DNA of 25,641 bases, taken from Candidatus Hodarchaeota archaeon (GTDB taxonomy: Archaea > Asgardarchaeota > Lokiarchaeia > Sigyniarchaeales > SOKP01). The translations under genes and the position numbers were made by a program. Shown here piece by piece: positions 18,786 to 25,641 of this stretch. The stretch spans positions 1,371 to 27,011 of the forward strand of contig JBHLJY010000025.1 in assembly GCA_048887225.1 (NCBI GenBank), written 5' to 3'. The notes under the pieces are model-generated. The model did not search any database, had not been told where the DNA came from, and was given only the letters and a program-made list of their open reading frames with translations. How positions within the stretch are numbered: the first letter of the stretch is position 1; each line of letters opens with the position of its first letter.

Positions 18786-18977
18786 AATACGATTTTTAAT
18801 AAATCGAATAATGTATTATAGGAATATTTAATACGATGGTATATATGGTTTTCGATTTAGAGAAAGATGTAAGATCTCTTTCGAATTATCGAAATAGAAG
18901 ATATCCTAATATTACATTTTACTAATTGTCGAAAACGATCTTACATCATTCGATTTATAGAAAGGTGTGTTATCTCT
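18786..18977. repeat. Cluster of iterated direct and inverted repeats in the long intergenic region upstream of trxB-xerA-cdc6
   Basis: A 29-bp direct repeat at 18851-18879 and 18949-18977 (24/29 identical); perfect 11-bp inverted repeat GATGTAAGATC (18866-18876) / GATCTTACATC (18937-18947); TTCGATTTA also inverted at 18800-18808. Confidence 0.8.
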
Positions 18978-19220
18978 GTATTATATTTTGAGTAATTTTT
19001 GGTATATTATCCAGATATATGCTTTTTTTACTGAAACAAAGATTTCACGGTTTCTCCTATACATCTGCATAATACTATAATTTATAATACTCGTTTAAAA
19101 AGTCAGCAGCCCAATCTAAATTTTAAATAATTAAAATTATTTAAAGAAAAATTTTTTCTATAAAATTGATTATGAAATTTATCTACTAAAAAATAGTTTA
19201 ATATTACCTTGCGCAAAACA

Positions 19221-20795
19221 ATGTATAAATTGAGAAAATCTGAATGGTTTAAGGCAGTTGATAAGTGGGAACTTCTTATTGCTCTTAGACTTTATATTCT
19301 TGTTTTCTTAATTATCTATCCTCTAATTTATGTCGTACTTCTTCTTAGATATATTTCTCCCGTTGGCATATTGATATTAGGAATGTCTATTTGGCTTATT
19401 TTAAAATATGTACTTTTCGAATCAAGAAAGAGATCTATACGATTTATTAAAACATTATCTATTATCGTAGGTATAATTTATGTTAATTTCGTGTTCAGTC
19501 TAATAATCAATATTATTCATGCTAATTTAGCTAATATTTTTTTAGCTTTGGGTATATGTTTAGGTTCTGCTATATATTTTTTAGTTGTAATTTTGCGAAA
19601 ACTATTTAGAGGAATAAATTCAAGTTTAACCTTAAAAAAACTAAAGTGGTCAAAAAGAATAAAGAAAAGTAATTTTTGGCGTAGGATTTTTAGACATTCA
19701 TTAGTTTTTTGGTTATTAATTTCAATTAACCTATTATTTCTTCCTTATCCAATTTACATTCAACAATATACAACTTCAAATTATATATATCGAAAGAATA
19801 AATCACCTATAACCGAATTTGGAATCTGGACTTATGGGCAATCGCTAGACGATGATAAAAAAGGGGATCCTGAATATGTGGATAATAAAACATTAAAATT
19901 GCTTGGAGATGCGGGCATATATTTTATATACGGGATAAGTGAGCCAAAATTTGATAGTAAATTTTTAAGTAGGATTGGCAGATGTAAACAATTTGGTATT
20001 GAAGTTCACTTATCAATAGGTCCTAAGGATTGGAGCTATGCCAACGTCTGGTCATTTAAAGACCTTAAGGACGAAATTGAGGATATCCTCGCTTCATGCA
20101 AAGCGTATAATTTATTAGGAGATCCAATAACGACTATTGTATATGATATGGAAACAATAGTAGATACTCCATTCCCCCTATTTGGTTTCAATCTTGATTA
20201 CATTAATAAATTGAAAGAATATTATGAGATTCAAAAGGATTTTATTAAATTCAATGATTTTATAAAAATAGAATATGACCTCGATATTCGAATTACTACA
20301 GATATATTTCAAGGCGTCGATTTTAATGATGGAGACGATGACCTTAAAATTTTATTGGGATTGATTGATGATGCAAATGCAGATATGAGCTACATGGTGT
20401 ACCGACGCAACACTTTCGGACAAAATCAAATTCTCGATCATTTCAGATTTTTAAGAGATGGCGATACAATAATATTAAATGCTTGGAAATCCCAAGGATA
20501 CCTTTGCTGGGGAGATATTGACTGCGCTATTAGGGATTGTAGACTTGTTTTAGGCTATCCTGATAAAACTTTTAAATTAGAAATCTGGGAGTTATATCAT
20601 TTTCTTGTAACATACGGAGATGAAGGTTTAGAAAATTTGGTTGAAGCTATATGTGAAATTGATAGTTCTGAATGGCCTCCGATTATTGTAAGTAATCATT
20701 TTCCGTTCTCACCCTATTGGGATATTGTATTTATCGGGATAATAATGATAGATTTATATAGTCCTCTTTTTAGGATTTTGTATAGCGCCTATTGA
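19221..20795 (+). CDS. Membrane protein: about 5 N-terminal TM helices, soluble alpha/beta (possibly TIM-barrel-like) domain and hydrophobic C-terminal segment
   Basis: Long ORF with hydrophobic segments in the first ~180 aa, then alternating strand/helix motifs (FGIWTY, YFIYGI, IEVHLSI, TTIVYDME, IRITTD, SYMVY). ATG at 19221 or TTG at 19209. Confidence 0.7.
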   Translation: MYKLRKSEWFKAVDKWELLIALRLYILVFLIIYPLIYVVLLLRYISPVGILILGMSIWLILKYVLFESRKRSIRFIKTLSIIVGIIYVNFVFSLIINIIHANLANIFLALGICLGSAIYFLVVILRKLFRGINSSLTLKKLKWSKRIKKSNFWRRIFRHSLVFWLLISINLLFLPYPIYIQQYTTSNYIYRKNKSPITEFGIWTYGQSLDDDKKGDPEYVDNKTLKLLGDAGIYFIYGISEPKFDSKFLSRIGRCKQFGIEVHLSIGPKDWSYANVWSFKDLKDEIEDILASCKAYNLLGDPITTIVYDMETIVDTPFPLFGFNLDYINKLKEYYEIQKDFIKFNDFIKIEYDLDIRITTDIFQGVDFNDGDDDLKILLGLIDDANADMSYMVYRRNTFGQNQILDHFRFLRDGDTIILNAWKSQGYLCWGDIDCAIRDCRLVLGYPDKTFKLEIWELYHFLVTYGDEGLENLVEAICEIDSSEWPPIIVSNHFPFSPYWDIVFIGIIMIDLYSPLFRILYSAY

Positions 20796-20986
20796 TTTTT
20801 TCTATACTTCTTCAAATTTTTTTAAATTTAATATCATTAAAAAATTCGAAGATTTAGCAATTTTTGATTATTTATCAATAAAAATCATTTGCAATAAAAA
20901 TCAATAAGGTTTTAAAGAAATCAGTTGATAGTTTAATTACAATTATTTACATAATAAAATACTAAAAAAAAATATTGTGATAAAAT

Positions 20987-23065
20987 ATGGAAGTACCAAG
21001 CTATATTTTTATTGCTATAGGTGTTGGAATTCTTAGTATCTTAATTGCTATATATTTCGCAAAAAAAGTAATTAAAGCAGACCCAGGCAATGAAAGGATG
21101 CAAGAAGTCGCTGGTTATATTGAAGCTGGCGCTGGAACATTTCTTAGACGACAATATATTACTTTAGCCATATTTGTTGGTGTTCTTACTGTTGTTTTAT
21201 TTTTTCTTCCCTCTCCACTTGAGGAAGGTAATCGACATATTGTTTATTATAATTGGGAGCAAAGTTTAGCTTATGTAATTGGTGCGGTCGGTTCTATGAT
21301 AGCTGGTTGGCTTGGAATGAAAATAGGTGTCAAGGCAAACACGAGATCTGCGCAAGCTTGTTCTATTGGTCCGAAGGAAGGATTTGATATAGCATTTTTC
21401 GGAGGGGCTGTAATGGGACTAGCTGTTGTTGGAATAGCATTAATAGGAGTTTCCATTTTATATATATTATTTTTATCTCCTTTTGTTGTTTTAGGCTTTA
21501 GTTTTGGAGCTAGTAGTGTAGCTTTATTTATGAAATGCGGAGGCGGAATTTATACAAAAACTGCAGATGTTGGAGCAGATTTAGTAGGGAAAGCAGAGTA
21601 TAAACTACCTGAAGATGATCCAAGAAATCCAGCTACAATTGCTGATAATGTAGGCGATAACGTTGGCGATATTGCAGGTATGGGAAGTGACTTATTTGAC
21701 TCATATGTAGCTTCTATTGTAGCGGCAATGATCTTAGCCGCAGCTCTAGTATTTGGAAGTGCATTGCCACTATTTGTAATATTACCAATTGTTCTATGTG
21801 GTGTTGGCTTATTTGCTTCGTTAATTGGCATCTTCATTATAAAATGGTTCGGCTCAGAAGAACCAGGAAAAGCTTTAAATACAGGAACTTATCTAGCAAC
21901 TGTTATTTTTGCAGCATTGGGCTTCATAATTATTTTTGCTATGTCATTAGATTATCCTGGCTCTGCAGGAAGATTATGGCGAGTTTATTTAGCAACTGTA
22001 GTTGGTCTATTAAGTGGAATGGTAATTGGCTTTACAAGTGATTATTACACAAGGGATGATAGAAAGCCAACAAGAGCAATTGCTCATGCTGCGGAAGAGG
22101 GTGATGCTGTTGTTATTCTATCTGGATTTTCTTATGGGCTAATAAGCGTAGTTCCACCAGCAATAGGAATTGTTATAGCGATGGCTATTGCCTATATGCT
22201 TGATGGTGTTTTTGGAGTAGGTATGGCTGCGGTTGGTATGTTAGCGGTTGTTGGGACAATAGTGGCTAATGATGCGTATGGTCCAATTGTAGATAATAGT
22301 CGTGCTATTGCTGAACAAGGTGATCTAGGTGATGAAGTAATTCGAACAGCAGATCGTTTAGATTCGGCGGGAAATACAGCAAAAGCAATAACAAAGGGTT
22401 TTGCAATTGGAGCTGCTAATTTGACTGTTCTTGCTTTAATGTTTTCATTTGCAGAAGAGTCTGGAATTGAATTAATTGACTTAATTTCTATAAATGTTCT
22501 TATAGGAGCGTTTTTAGGTGTTGTTGCCCCCGCTTTATTTTCTGCTTTATTAATTCTTGCAGTACAACGAAATGCAGGCAAAATGGTTAGAGAAATTAGA
22601 AGACAATTTGATGAAAATCCAAAAATACTTACAGGCGAAGAAGCTGCTGATTTTAATAAATGCATTGATATAGCTACTCGAGGTGCCTTGCGAGAACTTA
22701 TTTTTCCAAGTATCATTTCAATTGTCATCCCCATTGTAGTAGGCATTCTTTTTGGTGTTGCGGCATTAGGAGCTTTCTTAGCTGGTGCTATCTTATCTGG
22801 ATTTGTTTTCGCAATACTTATGTCGAATGCAGGAGGTAGTTGGGACAATGCTAAGAAATGGATTGAAGATGGTAATTTAGGCGGTAAGGGTACTGACACC
22901 CATAAAGCTTCAATAACGGGTGACACTGTTGGGGATCCATTCAAAGATACTGCTGGCCCAAGTATAAACACATTACTCGTAGTAATGTCCTTGACAGCCT
23001 CAATCTTTATGGGATTTCTCCTCTTATTTAGCGGTGGGGCTGGATTACTTACGCTTTTTCTTTAA
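20987..23065 (+). CDS. hppA: Membrane-bound H+-translocating pyrophosphatase, K+-independent type
   Basis: GGGIYTKTADVGADLVGKAE, EDDPRNPATIADNVGDNVGD, DAYGPIVDN, GNTAKAITKG, GGSWDNAKK and GDTVGDPFKDTAGP motifs. Confidence 0.96.
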   Translation: MEVPSYIFIAIGVGILSILIAIYFAKKVIKADPGNERMQEVAGYIEAGAGTFLRRQYITLAIFVGVLTVVLFFLPSPLEEGNRHIVYYNWEQSLAYVIGAVGSMIAGWLGMKIGVKANTRSAQACSIGPKEGFDIAFFGGAVMGLAVVGIALIGVSILYILFLSPFVVLGFSFGASSVALFMKCGGGIYTKTADVGADLVGKAEYKLPEDDPRNPATIADNVGDNVGDIAGMGSDLFDSYVASIVAAMILAAALVFGSALPLFVILPIVLCGVGLFASLIGIFIIKWFGSEEPGKALNTGTYLATVIFAALGFIIIFAMSLDYPGSAGRLWRVYLATVVGLLSGMVIGFTSDYYTRDDRKPTRAIAHAAEEGDAVVILSGFSYGLISVVPPAIGIVIAMAIAYMLDGVFGVGMAAVGMLAVVGTIVANDAYGPIVDNSRAIAEQGDLGDEVIRTADRLDSAGNTAKAITKGFAIGAANLTVLALMFSFAEESGIELIDLISINVLIGAFLGVVAPALFSALLILAVQRNAGKMVREIRRQFDENPKILTGEEAADFNKCIDIATRGALRELIFPSIISIVIPIVVGILFGVAALGAFLAGAILSGFVFAILMSNAGGSWDNAKKWIEDGNLGGKGTDTHKASITGDTVGDPFKDTAGPSINTLLVVMSLTASIFMGFLLLFSGGAGLLTLFL

Positions 23066-23166
23066 ATAAACTGATAGGGTGAAAAAGAACTAACAAAAAT
23101 TTTATTTTCTTTTTTAATCTTTTACTTGCTTAAATGATAAGAAAATTAATAAATAAATTAAAGTTT

Positions 23167-23494
23167 GGACGCTTGAGAAATATACCCACCCTTTTGTCCT
23201 ATTCTCGTCGCCGAGATATAGTTGAGGCATCAAACTAAGCGGTCTACCTAAAACTCGTTCCAAGAACTCATTGTTTTCATTTGGCCTTGCTCCGAGGTTT
23301 TAGCGCGTTCCAACCATTCCCTATCATAATTTCTTTGGCTTATTTCCAATTCATTAATATACATAAAAGGGCAGTGTCGTTTCAGTTGCTAAAATACGGT
23401 TTTCACCGTAGTAGTTATCTACTCCTCGCTTGGAATGAGGGGTGAGGTTCCTCAGCGGGTCGAACCCACCGTCAGCCTCATTTCTCACTCGTCC
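23167..23494 (-). ncRNA. rnpB: RNase P RNA (archaeal type A-like)
   Basis: Minus strand: P1 GGACG..UGAGAAAU / AUUUCUCA..CGUCC; P2 GAGGC/GCCUC; CR-I GAGGAACCUCACCC pairs with CR-V ACAAAAGGGUGGGUA (P4); P6 UUCCAAG/CUUGGAA; P7 CGAGG/CCUCG; P8 AGUAG-AUAA-CUACU; P9 ACGGU-GAAA-ACCGU; CR-II GCAACUGAAAC; CR-III UGGAAC; GGAGCAAG; CR-IV UAGUUUGAUG. Locally higher GC. Confidence 0.93.
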
Positions 23495-23516
23495 TTTATT
23501 AAAAAGTTAAGATTTG

Positions 23517-23524
23517 AATATAAA
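23517..23524 (-). promoter_or_regulatory. Putative TATA box of rnpB (TTTATATT)
   Basis: Lies 23-30 nt upstream of the predicted 5' end of the RNA (23494), the usual archaeal spacing. Confidence 0.55.
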
Positions 23525-23571
23525 TGTTTATTTTTATCTAATTATAAGTTTCTACAAAGAAATGAAGAAAA

Positions 23572-23781
23572 TTATTTTTTTAGAACTAAATTGGCAAAGT
23601 ATTCAAAGCTTCTGTTGTAAGAACTCTCAGCGTCTCTTGAAATTTTGGCAAACACACAGCCTGGCAATTCATTCATTTTTAGGTGGTATTTAATACATTC
23701 ACAACACTTTCCCAATCTGCTACATGTACCATAGGTACAAGAACATATTTTTATAATTTCTTCTTGATTACATTCGGTCAT
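23572..23781 (-). CDS. DUF6485 family small Cys-rich protein
   Basis: C-x-C-TY-x2-C-x-R-x-G-x-CCEC-x3-H...ELPGC-x-F...E-x2-Y-x-RS-x3-F pattern. Confidence 0.8.
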   Translation of the reverse strand: MTECNQEEIIKICSCTYGTCSRLGKCCECIKYHLKMNELPGCVFAKISRDAESSYNRSFEYFANLVLKK

Positions 23782-24103
23782 TATATGTTAAAATGCTTGA
23801 TATATATAATTAAAAATGGTTTTCCCTTAAGTATTTCAATATTCCTTTTTGTCGTAAGAAAAAAAGGAAAATATATTTATAAATATTAAAGCATAGTTCT
23901 AAGATATACTCTAGTGTCATCAATATTGTTCACTAGTGGAATACCATAAATTATCGTTCATTGGCAGCTAAGAATTAAATGTTTAAAATTTTGTACAGCT
24001 TGAAATAAAAAACGTTGAGCGCAGAACTTATATAAATATGAGGGAGAGAAAAACGGGGAAAATAATAGGATTATTTAAATATTTTGTGAACTCCAAAAAT
24101 AAA

Positions 24104-25641
24104 ATGAAAATTATCATTTTCGTTTCTTTTTTAATCGGAGTTTTTTTAATATTGAACGCTCTTTCGCAAACCGATATAAAAACTGCCAATAATTCTGCCG
24201 AAATACAGAAAAATGGGAGTTATATTGAAAATTATCCAAAACAATCAGATTATTGGCCAGATCTTGATCCAATTGAGATTGATGATCTTAATCCCTCTAA
24301 GAATTGGACGACTACGAATCAAACTTATGATTGGTGCATTGGTTCTGGCACTCTGAACGACCCTTATGTTATCAAAAACGTAATTATTAACGCTAGTGGT
24401 CCAAAATTCGGTATCCTAATTAATAACTCTAGAAATGTTTATTTTGTAATTAAAAACTGTACTATTTTTGATTCAGGCTCTCTTGATGGAGATGCTGGAA
24501 TCCGATTGGAAAATACCAGTAATGGGACATTAATTAATAATAATTGTTCTAATAATAATTTTGGAATCTTTTTATATAATAGCCGTAATAATTCAATTTC
24601 GTTGAATAATATTACATTTAACGAATATGGAATATCATTAGAGAATAATTGCGATAATAATACAATCTATGGAAATAAAATTATTGATAATGATGTATAT
24701 GGAATTAATATAACCACATCGAATTGTAGCTACAATCTTATGTACAACAATAATTTCACCTCTAATGGATTAAATGCTTATGATAATGGAACTGATAATT
24801 ATTGGTATAATGAGACATTAGGTAATTATTGGCACAATTATATTGGCAAAGATGTAAACGATGATGGAATCGGAGATACCTCTCATAATCTTCCTGGTCC
24901 TACTGGAAGTAAAGATAATTATCCTATTTGGTGGGATGCTCCAAATATTACAATTATTTCACCCTCTAATTATTCACTTTTTGGAGTAGCTTCCCCAAGC
25001 TTTATTTTAAAGATTGTTGAGGGTATAAATGATACCATGTGGTATACATTGGACCAACAAGCTACGATTTATGAATTCATGTTGAATAACACTATTAATT
25101 CAATAGCTTGGGGAGATTTATTAAATGGAACCCACACAATTACTTTTTTTATAAATGATAGTAAGGGATATATAGATAATGAAGAAGTTCGAGTTTATAA
25201 GGATATAGATGCTCCGATTGTAAACATAATTTCCCCTTTCAATTACACTTTATTCGGGAATAACACCATCAATTTTAGCTTTTCTATAACAGAGGGTAAT
25301 TTGAACGAGACGTGGTATACTCTAAACGGAGGAGACAAGGAATTCTTTTCTGGAACGACGGTAAATATTCCACAAGGTGATTGGGACTCATTAGGAAACG
25401 GTTCCGTTGTAATTATTGTTTACGCTAACGATACCTTAAGTAATTTGGGTATGGCACAAATCATAATTTACAAAGATATGGAACCTCCTGCAATAGATAT
25501 TACGAGTCCCGATGAGGGCGATCTGTTTGGAAACAGTACTATCAGTTTTGACATTACGTTAATCGAGGGTAATTTGAACGAGACGTGGTATACTCTAAAC
25601 GGAGGAGACAAGGAATTCTTTTCTGGAACGACGGTAAATAT
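24104..25641 (+). CDS. Secreted/surface protein: signal or TM anchor, NosD-like right-handed beta-helix and tandem ~91-aa Ig-like repeats; 3'-truncated
   Basis: Manual translation: MKIIIFVSFLIGVFLILNAL... 'WCIGSGTLNDPYVIKN', Asn-rich beta-helix turns, 'GNYWHNY...DVNDDGIGD...DNYP', then DAPxIxIISP...WYTL...NG repeats. An in-frame ATG also exists at 24038, but the TATA-like TTATATAAA at 24028-24036 favours 24104. Confidence 0.88.
   Translation, partial: MKIIIFVSFLIGVFLILNALSQTDIKTANNSAEIQKNGSYIENYPKQSDYWPDLDPIEIDDLNPSKNWTTTNQTYDWCIGSGTLNDPYVIKNVIINASGPKFGILINNSRNVYFVIKNCTIFDSGSLDGDAGIRLENTSNGTLINNNCSNNNFGIFLYNSRNNSISLNNITFNEYGISLENNCDNNTIYGNKIIDNDVYGINITTSNCSYNLMYNNNFTSNGLNAYDNGTDNYWYNETLGNYWHNYIGKDVNDDGIGDTSHNLPGPTGSKDNYPIWWDAPNITIISPSNYSLFGVASPSFILKIVEGINDTMWYTLDQQATIYEFMLNNTINSIAWGDLLNGTHTITFFINDSKGYIDNEEVRVYKDIDAPIVNIISPFNYTLFGNNTINFSFSITEGNLNETWYTLNGGDKEFFSGTTVNIPQGDWDSLGNGSVVIIVYANDTLSNLGMAQIIIYKDMEPPAIDITSPDEGDLFGNSTISFDITLIEGNLNETWYTLNGGDKEFFSGTTVN
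24935..25641 (+). repeat. 273-bp (91-aa) Ig-like domain repeats, including an exact 77-bp duplication (25292-25368 = 25565-25641)
   Basis: Units start at 24935, 25208 and 25481; the last 77 nt of the window are identical to 25292-25368. Confidence 0.92.

Noticed and set aside
18800-18825. dif-like ATAA-TGTA-TTAT, also TATAA-N7-TTATA at 16744-16760
   Set aside because: Spacers are 4 and 7 bp rather than 6, and the outer arms do not match.
16648-18921. Exact 13-mer ATATTACATTTTA shared by the cdc6 upstream region (16648-16660) and the repeat cluster (18909-18921)
   Set aside because: Almost entirely A/T in very AT-rich DNA, so indistinguishable from chance without comparative data; it would fit Cdc6 autoregulation if conserved.
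18845-18925. 26-aa micro-ORF (MVFDLEKDVRSLSNYRNRRYPNITFY) across the repeat cluster
   Set aside because: Too short and unsupported; the repeat structure is better explained as non-coding.
18866-18950. SECIS-like element (minus strand begins AUGA at the stem base)
   Set aside because: No GA partner on the 3' side for a kink-turn, and no gene in the window shows an in-frame UGA at a Cys-equivalent position.
18851-18977. CRISPR array or tRNA remnant (TTCGA T-loop-like words)
   Set aside because: Only two imperfect copies with a ~69-bp spacer, no cas genes, and no cloverleaf or acceptor stem.
22192-22971. 259-aa antisense ORF, plus 21271-21456, 21550-21837 and 21796-22041, inside hppA
   Set aside because: Shadow frames of a highly conserved gene, with no recognisable motifs.
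23435-23620. 61-aa plus-strand ORF
   Set aside because: Antisense to the RNase P RNA 5' end and overlaps the end of DUF6485; spurious.
23683-23889. 68-aa plus-strand ORF
   Set aside because: Antisense overlap with the DUF6485 gene and AT-rich intergenic DNA.
23928-23944. ORB-like word GTTCACTAGTGGAATAC
   Set aside because: Single copy, wrong internal spacing, no G-string and far from cdc6.
25292-25641. Diversity-generating retroelement TR/VR pair
   Set aside because: Copies are identical, without adenine-specific mismatches, both are in frame in one gene, and no reverse transcriptase is present.

Overview
AT-rich, gene-dense archaeal chromosomal window, most likely from an Asgard archaeon of the Lokiarchaeia/Promethearchaeota type. 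This is inferred from an Orc1/Cdc6, an archaeal type-A RNase P RNA, a single-domain gelsolin and TrmB-like and vWA/Zn-finger proteins. Left to right: a gelsolin-domain protein with an (AKKKPA)n tail (3'-truncated, missing from the ORF track); a Zn-ribbon/LURP-one (scramblase-like) protein; a PssA-type CDP-alcohol phosphatidyltransferase; a long TrmB-like protein; a vWA + RING/PHD-like protein; a small membrane protein; an ornithine/alanine racemase, EamA and DUF2284; purA; a GIFT/IFT52-like protein; 4-hydroxybutyryl-CoA dehydratase; a DUF362 Fe-S protein; a small Zn-ribbon protein; a co-oriented trxB-xerA-cdc6 cluster preceded by a ~440 bp repeat-rich intergenic region; a membrane protein; a K+-independent H+-PPase; RNase P RNA (minus strand); DUF6485; and a 3'-truncated beta-helix + Ig-like repeat surface protein (also missing from the ORF track). 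The strongest leads are the iterated direct/inverted repeats upstream of trxB-xerA-cdc6 (candidate non-canonical origin or recombination locus), the gelsolin/scramblase-like/PssA neighbourhood and the MERIT40/Rpn10/Ssl1-like vWA-RING protein. All family calls come from motif recognition by eye; no database searches were run.
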